Below, piece by piece: positions 27,057 through 37,900 of a DNA stretch of 64,000 nt (the first letter of the stretch is position 1; every line of letters begins with the position of its first letter). The notes beneath the pieces are model-generated. The model saw only the letters and a list, made by a program, of their open reading frames with translations, did no database searches and had not been told where the DNA came from. Made by a program: the position numbers and the translations under genes. Origin of the DNA: Pavona decussata (taxonomy: Eukaryota); assembly GCA_977016875.1 (NCBI GenBank), contig CDRNST010000126.1, positions 310,001 through 374,000 on the forward strand. Direction: 5' to 3'.

Positions 27057-29149
27057 AGGAATGGACTTCAGGAATTCCGGTCTGAGAATAGGACAAGAAG
27101 CGATCAAGGCAAGAGGGCAGGTCTCCGTAAACGCTCTATTCTGTAGTAATTCTAGATCAACTGCATCAAAATCATTAAGCTAAGCGTCGTTCGTCGGACC
27201 CGATGAAAAGCTGTAAAATATTGGGTTACAGTGTTTGTCGTTGAGATTACCAGTGCTTTGAAATAAGTTGTATTAACTTAACAGTAGCGTTTATTTCTTT
27301 TGATTTTCATCGTAAGGAAGAAATTGCAACCGACTTTATGCCGATAAAAGGATAAACATTCTCAAGCTGCCCTCACGTAATAAACATGCCGAGTTGGCTG
27401 TAAACTCGTAGGTAACTCCAACACATTTAAACGCGGGTAAATAGACCTTTTTCATAAGTGACAGCCAATTTATTATTCTATTCAATATATGTTAATTAGC
27501 CGCACTAACCTCATTTTAGAGTAAAAATTCTATTGAATTTTGCACATGCTAACGAGGCTAGTAAGGCTAATTTTTATGAAAACAAAAGAGTTTTTTATCG
27601 GCTGCCATTTATGTACCAAAGGGTAAAACCAACACTCCTAAACGGTAATTATTGAATGTAATAAACGTGTCAACCGTAAAGGTAACACAAATTAACGTTA
27701 AATGTGACAACAACCTGTTTTTCGCTTGACTATGGCAAGGCTTGACTAAAAAATTTTAGAGGCAATATCTATACCCACATGTACGAAATTCGAATTCAAG
27801 AATTCGAAATATCTTTATTACAATGAGTCTGCTGAGTAGTAAGGATAGTTGGCAACTTCTCAATCAAAGTTGCCGATAACAGAAAAGATGAACCTAGGTA
27901 ACACAAATAAACGCTAATGTAGCACTCGCTTGGTTTTCGCTTGCAATTGAATAATTGGCGAGGCCCATCTAAAACGTAAATTTAACTTTAGAGACCAATT
28001 TCGAGAATAAACTTTGCGCACCCGCCAAAGACCGTTTAGAATGAGGCCGATACTTTTCTATATGTGGGTACTAATATGTGTTAGGAATTAGTTATAAAAT
28101 GAAGATGAATTTAAAGAAAAGTACGAGTCTTGAATCCTTCAGTATGCGTGCTATCATGCACGCTTTGTCTGTTAAAAAATATCCTCGAGGCATTAACAAA
28201 TTTAATCTAAGAGATAATTGCAATTCCGGGCAGTTATATAATTTTTCCTTTCGTTGTTCAAAGGGTAACGATATCGTTGTTGTTGGATATTAAAAGGGAT
28301 GTGAATATGGAGATATAAACTCATTTCCGACCCACCAGCTTCAATAAAAAGTAAATTTTCTGGTTTCAACTTTTGTCTTAACTTGTTTTTTTTAACTCAC
28401 AAATTCGAAATAGAGATTGCGACTAAGAGTCGACGATTATTATATTTCTTTGGCACTTTTTTCTTTAAAAAAATAAAAAAAAATGTATTGCGCTTTTGTC
28501 CTTCCGCTTTGCAAATTAATTCCGCGGCTTTCAAACAACTGTCTATGTACAGGTCAAATGGATGATTTCATCAATTTGCTGGCATAGGAATAAGTTTTAA
28601 AAAACGAAGTTAGTTGACTTCGCAGTGTTGAAATTTGACATTCGGTACTAGTAGTAGATAAAGCATAAGCTCAATTCAAAGTTGTCAATTCCCAAACGTC
28701 TCTCTTAACAACATTGTCGGCTGCTACCAGTTTTAATGCTGTGCTTGTTTAAGCCTAACCACTCATCATCATTTGAGATAAAAGATATTCAAATCAGGCA
28801 ATTGTATAACAAAGTCCGTAAGGATATCTGTTTCAAGCTCACAGATGCACAATATTTTAAAAGTTTTGTCTAAAGATGACCAAGCACTATTGAATACAAG
28901 GTGAGGGAAGCTTGGATTGTCGTTCAATAGTGGTCATTCATTTCATCAGAGCATAGGTGAGAGGTTTACGTCAAGGACTCATTATTCCTAAATCCAGTGT
29001 TTGAACGTGCTTGAAAAAAATGATAATAAGGAAAAGAAATTCGCCCTGAACTGACATCTTCGAGGAAGAAACCCTTGGGTGTGCAGGCAGATCGCAGAGA
29101 CGCAGCACTGAAGTTATAGAGACTTGTTTAAAAGGGGTTTTTTTGTATC

Positions 29150-30043
29150 ATGAAAGAAGGTAGGGAATTATTTTCGACTTACGTCGTAAATTGCGTTTTC
29201 AACGTCGTCTTATCTTGTACCGCAGTCATCTTGAACATGGTAACATGCCATGCTATAAGAAGAACGTCTTCGTTATCAAAGCCTCTGAAGACTTTGCTTC
29301 TGAGTATGATTGTGTCTGATCTTGGCGTTGGCTTGTTGGTACAACCGCTACACATTACACGTCTTGCCATGGCGTTAGAGGAAAAAAATGTGCCAAGCAA
29401 TCCAATTTACCGCCTCGTGCACATAGCGTATCTCTTAACGTTGAATCTATTTTGTCTTGCGTCGTTCCTTAGTGTAATGGCTCTGAGTGTAGACAGATTC
29501 TTGGCCATTCATCTTCATCTCAGATACCAGGAACTTGTGACCCATAAGCGCGTTGCTTCTGTGGTGATCTCAGCTTGGCTGTTCAGCGCACCTCTTACGC
29601 TGATTAGTTTGTGGAGCTCGCAGAAAGTGACGTACTGGATTATTATCATAACTCAGGTTGTTTCTGTAATAACTGCAACATTTCTAAATTACAAGATATA
29701 TGTAGCCGTCCGCCGCCACGCGCATCAAATCCATGCTCTCCAGGTACTGCAAAGAACACAAAATGACGAAATAGTAAACGTCGGAAGGATGAGGAAATCC
29801 GGAGTCACTTCGGTTTACGTATATCTCACGTTCTTGGTTTGTTATTTGCCAAACATTTGTATTTTATTGATCGTCGCTGTAACTTCTGAACCAAGATTCG
29901 TTATGACGGTGATTCATTCTTACACCATGACCCTGTTGTTTCTTAATTCGTCTCTCAATCCTCTGATTTACTGTTGGAAGATGAGACACATTCGACTTGC
30001 TATCATGAACATACTGCCAAATCGAATTTTAAGACGGAACTGA
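29150..30043 (+). CDS. Intronless class A (rhodopsin-like) orphan GPCR of the melanocortin/adenosine-receptor-like cnidarian expansion
   Basis: 297-aa ORF, 7 hydrophobic segments, SDLGVGL (TM2), SVDRFLAI (DRY variant), CYLP (TM6), NSSLNPLIYCW (NPxxY). Confidence 0.9.
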   Translation: MKEGRELFSTYVVNCVFNVVLSCTAVILNMVTCHAIRRTSSLSKPLKTLLLSMIVSDLGVGLLVQPLHITRLAMALEEKNVPSNPIYRLVHIAYLLTLNLFCLASFLSVMALSVDRFLAIHLHLRYQELVTHKRVASVVISAWLFSAPLTLISLWSSQKVTYWIIIITQVVSVITATFLNYKIYVAVRRHAHQIHALQVLQRTQNDEIVNVGRMRKSGVTSVYVYLTFLVCYLPNICILLIVAVTSEPRFVMTVIHSYTMTLLFLNSSLNPLIYCWKMRHIRLAIMNILPNRILRRN

Positions 30044-30598
30044 AAACAAAAGAGCTTCTGGTAAACGAATACTGGTATAACAAAACCGTGTAAATATTTT
30101 TGCTTTGAAATGGTCTTTATCTTTATACCTCCATCGTTACTTTATCAAAGAAAAGATGCTAATATTGCTGCCATGAGTTGAATTGTGAGCGCTGGCAGCA
30201 CTGCATATGCTGTACCTCTATTTCTTTGGTACAGCAGCAGGTCAGCATCTCATTATTGAAAACAATTGTTACTTCTATATTTAAAGGTACTTGAAAAGTC
30301 TTTAAACCTGCAGCGCTAATCGTCTTTGTAAAATTGTAAGTGTACAATAATCGGTTTAACAACGTCTTGCCATGGCGTTAGAGGGAAAAAATGTGCTAAG
30401 CAATTTAATTTACCAATTTAAGTGTAAAATTGTAAGTGCACAAAAATCGGTTTAAGGACGCTTTTTCTAGCACATGTCATGAATATTCGTGGAAAACCGG
30501 CACTGTTCGGGGGCACTCAAAGCGAACATTTAAACCAAACAGAATCTTACAACTGAATTTCCAAGCTGCTGCGGGCTTTCCGAAAATGCTAGCTGGCC

Positions 30599-30840
30599 TT
30601 TGCTTCGCACTTCAGGACTTGGAAAGACATATTTGCCCGTGCGAAAACGAAAGGAACAAGTTTTTCTCTGTTGAGAAAATTTGAAGGGACGTTCGACCGA
30701 AGAAAACAAATGTAATGGAACTTTTGACGAAGCTTTGCTTCTCACATCAGGACTTGGAACGACATATTTGCCCGTCCGAAAACAAACGGAACAAGTTTTC
30801 CACTGTCGAGAATTTGAAGGGACGTTTGACTGAAGAAAAC
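30599..30840. repeat. Tandem duplication, two diverged ~110-135-bp units
   Basis: ctttgcttc.cac.tcaggacttggaa.gacatatttgcccgt.cgaaaac...tttgaagggacgtt.gac.gaagaaaac occurs at 30599 and 30733. Confidence 0.85.
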
Positions 30841-31959
30841 TTTATTTTTTTCTTCGAAATTTAATGGAACTTTTGAGGAGGCTAATAGGCCTCCCGGAAA
30901 GATATTCCACCGAACCAAACCTTTGGGTGCCTATAATTGTTACAAAACGTACAGCTAGTAACACTTTCACCCTTGCGAAAATATCATTATCAGTGCCATT
31001 AAAGACATCTGCTATTTTGTTGAACAATGAGTTGTTTCCTGTTTTGAGCTCCGCATTTTGTATTCATTTAATCGGTACGGATGCAGTGATATTCTAATGA
31101 GCGAGGAAATGATCGAGACTCAAGTTTGCCCGAGTCACCTGCATTTTAGACATAAAATGGAGTGAATAAATGAGTACAGAATTTTGGGAAGTAGCGGGCT
31201 GAACCCTTTTCGATGGGCGAAACGTTCTCCGAAAGGTGAAGACGGGATCGCTTTTTCACTCGTCTTAATGTTGTGTTTTAACGTTAATGATGTTTTCTTC
31301 GCGCCGATAGTGAAATGTGATTCAGAAAGCTAAAAATAAGACCAATTTGGCTCATGTAAAATTCAGTGCACGCGATAGTTTATCTGTTTTATTGCATAGT
31401 AAGTTTACATAAAAACAACGCGTGCAAAAGCATAAGTGTCTTCCGTAGCTGATTTAAGGAACTTGTATACACCGTTTGGTTAGTCTGTTTTGCCTGTCCT
31501 ACACCCCAACTTGAACTAAAAAAAATTTCAAAGCCTAGTCATTATTCAATACATTGCGAGGTGGACAATTGCAAATTCTTGATATTATGCGGCAGTATGA
31601 TAATATACGCGAAACGTGGAACAGATTATATATGTGCAAAATGTGTAGTCTAGATTCCCTGGATCTGGTTACGTGTGTTTCTCTCATTCTGCGCTTGGGC
31701 TACCTGTGATTTGCGTCCTGAAGCTTTTCCGGCTCGTTCAGGCCTGGAAGCTACTTAGTTGAGTGGGATTCCTGTCAACCAAGGCCCCTACTCAGGCTTC
31801 GTGCAGACAAACGAGGCAAGAGAGAACGGCTATGAACTACTAGGCTGGACCAAAGTGTTTCAGTTTTACTATAACGTGTTTTTGCACGGGGCAATATCCT
31901 TGCAACTTGCTCGTTCGGATTATAAAGCAAGAAAACGAGATTCGTTTTGGTCATCCTCT

Positions 31960-34900
31960 TCACTGAACTAAAATGTAGCCCATGGCCTTAGTGTCAGACG
32001 AACCTGGTCCCACGTTCCCACACGTGTTGGTATCGTCGATGTACCCGCCCGTTCCAAATCCGATTCTAGAGTCACAGGTGTTGCACAGGTTATTGTCGTT
32101 GTTAACAATGCCGATTCTCGCTCGTGATCCGATGCTGTGAGAACAAACTTGGTTAAAGCCTTCATAGTCACAGTAAGTCTGCAAGGTAGCCTTGACACCA
32201 ACAAGCGACTTCCAAGTATTGCGACCCAGTGTGGTGGACCGTTTTTGCCCATCAGCGATAAGTGAGTACAGAGACGGAACGATTTTGTTCCGCTTGAGGA
32301 CAATAAAGGTCAGCTGTGAGCCGATCTTCATACCAAGGCAGATCTTGGTGAAGGATGTGTTCCAGTAGGAAGGTAACTTGGTTTCCTTATCATCGAACCC
32401 GCTCTGTCCAGCTGTTAGATTGTATCCAGTTTTATTGGTCCAGTAAGTAGAGTCATAATGAAATGTGCTCTAAAAGAAAACGTTTTTTTAACAATAAATA
32501 CACCCGATCTTAAAGTGCCCCTAACCCTTCAATTTGTCTTCTTTTGGTGGATTTCTATATCTGTGAAGAACTCATTTTCAAAAATTTTTTTAGAAATATT
32601 GAATCCTTTTTATTTTACGAGCGCTAAAAGTTACTGAAATTTTTAAATTTTTGCGCGCTTTAAGCCCCGCTGGACAAATTTTTGTCTCGTGGGCTCATTA
32701 GGAACGAGCCAATGAGAAGCGTCCGATATTTGACACTTTCTTAGCTGTGACGTAAGAAAAGGACACCAGAAGGATTCAGAAGGAATCTTATGCATGCTGA
32801 TTCCTTTCTCTACATTTCGAGAGTTGCTGCATCCAAAAACCACACAGTTTTCAACCATTTTCTCTGTTTACAATTGAAGCATTACCGCGAATCTTCGGAT
32901 ATTTTTGCACGATGTCCTTTTCTTACGTCACGCTCCATATTTGGCCGAGTGGGGGACTAATGCGAAGGATAGGTGAAAATATCGACAAGACTGCCTTCAC
33001 TTCTAGCGCTCGAGAAAAAAAAAGGATTCAATATTTCTCAAAATTTTTTCCGAAAATGAGTTCTTGAAAGATATGGAAATCTATCAAAAGAAAACAAATT
33101 GAAGGGTTAGAGGCACTTTAAGCCTGGTGAATGAATGAGAATGATATATTATTCAATATACCTGTGTCACTCACTGATTCGTTCATTTACAAGGCTTAAA
33201 ATATACCATCACATTTGTTCCATTGCGCATATGCCACACATTGACATTTCAATCCTAGCAGTATACAGGATGTTTCAGTTTGTCCCATGAACCTAGTTTA
33301 ATGGCCTTAGCTCCCACGAGTCTCCTGTAGCTCAGTGGTAGAGCATGCGAACTAGTAATCGAAAGTTCTTAGGTTCGACTCCTTATAGGATCACTCGGAT
33401 GTCCTTTTTTTGTCCGGGTATACCTGTGTAACTCACTGAATAATACAACATTCTCAATAAACATATTAGTCAAATCAAATACATTTACTTCAAGTTCTAC
33501 AGATCCTTGTAATTACCTTTTTACCGTCAGTCTTCATGACCAGCGTCCATCCACCCCCTCCACATGCTCCAAGATCACTGGTCATGTGACAATAAAGCGG
33601 AAGTTGAACCGAATCCAAATTCAACAAGTAGGCTCTGTTACCGTAAGTGCTAAAAAGCAAGAAAAAGTTCTTTAAAACTCGATAATTATCCCATTACTTG
33701 TGGTTATTTATTGTGAAGAGAAGAGCCTATTGCCTACAGTTACAATCTTAGGTCAAACATTGCTTGTAAAAAGGTTCTATTTGATAGGTTAGGGTTAGAT
33801 GACCGTCTGGCATGTAGAACACGACGCAAGATTTTGTGACCATAAAATTTTAGTCGGATTTAACGCTAGTTTTATAGATTAATAATTGTACTTACAATGT
33901 AGTGATTTATTTTAAGGATCTTTACATAGTATTGTTATTGCATTAGCTCTGTAATTCAGCCATATGTTAGCTACAAATGAGTTTAATAAACGGTCTTTAC
34001 TATTTATTATTATTCAGTACCTCCTCGAGTTTTGCAAAACACAGTACAACTTTTACTTACATGTTTTTGTCATACAACTCCTTGCAACTCCGAGGAACTA
34101 AGGAAAGAAGAAATGCCAAACACACTCAGAAGGTGTAAGGATAGGTATGTGTATATCTTAAGAGCGCTGAAGTTTTTTAATCACTTTAAGATGACTTTGA
34201 CTTTACGTTAGATTTCATCATGATGTTGCTTTATTGTGAAATAGACAATAGAGATTAAGCACCACGTTTACGGCAAACGGCAAACGTGAGATTCGCGTTT
34301 ATGTTTTCTTGAAAATATGAGTACGTAGATGAAAATAGTACAAGATAATTCTGGCCTTTAATTCTAATGCAAAAACACTCAATTTTTCTTAGCAACTGAA
34401 AACAGCGAGCGGCAAATGAAGGATAAACATGGTCACGTGGTCATTTCTGCCGTTTGCTGTTTGCCGCAAACGTGGTGCATAATCTCTTTAATACCTCATG
34501 TTCGATGACGTATTAAATTTTCAACGTGATTCCGAGGTTCTTTGGAGGGGAAAAAAGTTTAATTTCAAGGCCAGGGGTTCACGGTTCTGCGCATGTCCAT
34601 AAATCAAAATACTTTTCGCCTTTGTTCGCTATGACCCAAGCCTGTTTAATTTTATTCGTTGTTTATGAACGATTCGGAAGGGAATAGGTTACTCAGGTGG
34701 TATTTTTTTTCATATGATTGCGTTGTTTCGAAAGCAAATAACTGTAAACACATCAACCGTGGAATAAATCATACGGCTCAACGCTAAATTTAATATCGAC
34801 AATATGAGTACAATCCACCAGCATTTTCTCTGAATTTTGGTCTTCAGTCATTTTGCTTGTACTAATTATAGAATGTGATTACTGAAGTACATGTGAGTGG

Positions 34901-37900
34901 GATTTTTAAGGAGAAAGACAGTAGCTATCCAGACGAGATCTGTGATTGGAGAACGAAACAATAGGTCATTGGTTGGGAAAAATGGATCCCCGACAAAAAA
35001 ACAATGGGAGCTACAGTACCACGGGACCAATGAAATTAGAGGTCTGGAAGAGGTACTGTACTCTCCTTTTTAAGGCCATAAAGTTGATAAGAAAGAGAAA
35101 AAAGCATTTAGATTCATGCACATGCGCTGAAATGTGAACCCCTTCCTTTAACATCAGTCGTAGTTTGTTGAATAGTTTTGAATACGACGAAAACCTATCA
35201 TTGGTTGGACCAAAAGCCCATCTCAGTGGCTCTTATCATAACGGTAAAGACCAGCACACTTCTGCTTTAGTCGTTTCAAAATTTTACATGCAGCTGCTTA
35301 AACATTTTACAGCGTTAAATTAAAAGAAGTGTCATTTACATAAAGGGCTTTAAACCCGAATTGAAGATGTAAACACCTTTCTTTACTTAGTCGTTGTTCT
35401 TTCCGGGTAAAGTGCAAAACGATATCATTCTGCACTAGACGTTTTGTAACTGCATTTGTATCATAGCGTACCAGGAATTGCTATGTGTAAGTAGTTGACA
35501 TTTTGAAATGTTTTTTTTTTGTTATCTCTATTATCTAGCATCGAATTATTTCTGTCATGATCAATCTATTTTTGCCTTTGAAAGTTGCCTAAATGTATAG
35601 GGTTATTTGAAACTGTAGATGACATGCGTAATGCTGAAACATGTCTTTTACTATTGTAGAAAACACTTTTAATTTGCCTGACAATCAAGACCCGATCCTT
35701 CATACCTTAATTGAGAGAGCGCTGGTACTACGCTAACATTATGTGTCAGATGTTTTCCTTTACCTTTTTCACACCTTTCTCCCCAGGTTCCAGTTTGACA
35801 TATGCAAAGGTATTTCTTGTCTGTGTAGCCATTCAGACAGGTTCCATTATGAAGGCATGGGTTGCTGGAGCATGGATTCTGCACAGAACAAAACTCAATT
35901 GTCATCTTTGCTTTTGTATTTTTTACCCCATGTACAACTGGCTTACGGTAGACAAATGCTGGCGGAGAGCAAATGATGGTGGTGATGACGAGGAAGTTCA
36001 TCGATGATTTTGTTATGATTTGACGATGATGACGNNNNNNNNNNNNNNNNNNNNNNNNNNNNNNNNNNNNNNNNNNNNNNNNNNNNNNNNNNNNNNNNNN
36101 NNNNNNNNNNNNNNNNNNNNNNNNNNNNNNNNNNNNNNNNNNNNNNNNNNNNNNNNNNNNNNNAAAAACAATACATTTTACAGTACAATATTACAACTAC
36201 TAAACAAAAGGCTGGTACAATAAACTTTAGATGATGAATGTTGATGATGAAAAAAGAAGAAAGGTAATGACGACGGTGAGATCGTGGTGGTTATATTATA
36301 GAAGGATCTTTGTTCACATGTTAGCCCTTATCAGAATACATTAGGACAATCAACAAAATTAGCTACAAATTAATACAATGTACAAATCGAAAGATCTTAG
36401 CAAACTTAGTAATCGTTGAAAATTTCAGCATGATAGCATGTTAATTAACAAATCGACGTCAGGTTTCTATGGACTAGACACTTATAGATCACAATATGAC
36501 GTCATAAGATGATCAAAATTCAAGTGGAACCACGAGCCGCAGGCGAGTGATTTCCCTGTCTTTTGACATTGAATAAATTGTCTCGTAATGCCGACACCTT
36601 CAATTTAGCAACAATTATAGTGTGAAAGAAAGGTGGTCGTAAATCTACACGAACCTCGGTGTCTCTGTAAGTAAAACTCCTTCGTCCCTTGAGATCACCC
36701 GGATGTAGACTGCGATCTGAATCGCTCAGTTGACAAAGAACTTTTTTGTTTACCGGTGGGCCAATGTTGAACGACACACACGTTCGTTCCATGGCACATC
36801 GTTCTTTGCAAGTGTGACCCATTCCCACGCTTAAAGAAATGTTCTTAATCACGTGACCTTCAAGGGCGTATCCAACTGATGGCGTGGCAAACTTCAAAGA
36901 TCGGCAAACGCCTCCGCATCCTTCTGCAGCACCACAGGAGCTCTCCGCGACTTCTTGATCTGTAAATAATAGCATCGCAATTACTGAAATATAGACGATA
37001 CAGCGAGTTGAAGGCTGAATTGCTACAGGAAAGTCTTGGAAAATAATTAGTTCTTGAGCAACTGTCAAAAATAGAGTGTGTTTTCGATGGCCATATTGGA
37101 GGAGCGAAACAATGCCTTGATTTTCCTTTGGGAAAAAAAATTTTTTTGAGAATGATGTATTGCTTTCAGTGAGTGACACAGGCATACTCGGAAAAAGGGA
37201 ATCCGAGTGCTCCTATCAGAAGTCGAACCTAAGACCTTCCAAGCTTTTGCAAACATTTGTTATTGTTTGACTTTTCCAACCTGGGCGCCATGAAAACATT
37301 CTATTAAAATTTTCTTTAATACCTGATGACTCCAGACAGCCATACAGCTCCACTCGCATTGATACGAACCCTTTCCAAGTGATCGGACGAAAACGGATGT
37401 AGCGTGCGTTGATTGGTGGGTTCAGTTCGTGATAAACTATTGTGTCCTGGTCTGTATTTCCATCAAAAACCTAAATCAGTTAATAGATTAAGTCAGGTAA
37501 GACGGCGGCGAGACCCAGTTGCTTAAAGGGGCTCTCACTGCCACGGAGATTTTGCCGCATTTTGACCAAAACTACTCAAATATTAAACGTAGAACTTTTT
37601 CTCTAACATGAAATTGTTCGTAGAGCGCCGAGGGGAAAATATAAACTGATTGCTTCAATGAAGAACAAACTATAAACCTGTTTTCAGCAATTTCTCCAAA
37701 ATACAAATTGGCCAATTCTTTCTATTTGTAATCCATTTCCATCCAAGCCATCCGCAGCAAAAAATAACAGCTACTAGCTTATGTATACACGTGGGGCAAT
37801 TGTTAACAATACTGAACCATTATATTAACATTTCCATCTATACAAATATGTTTTTACGCTATTTAAAGGTATACTAAAAACTGGTGACACTGCCCCTTTA

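Noticed and set aside
12415-30043. Peptide precursor, GPCR and peptidase as a functional ligand-receptor cluster
   Set aside because: Only proximity; such GPCRs are very numerous in cnidarians and nothing in the sequence links them.
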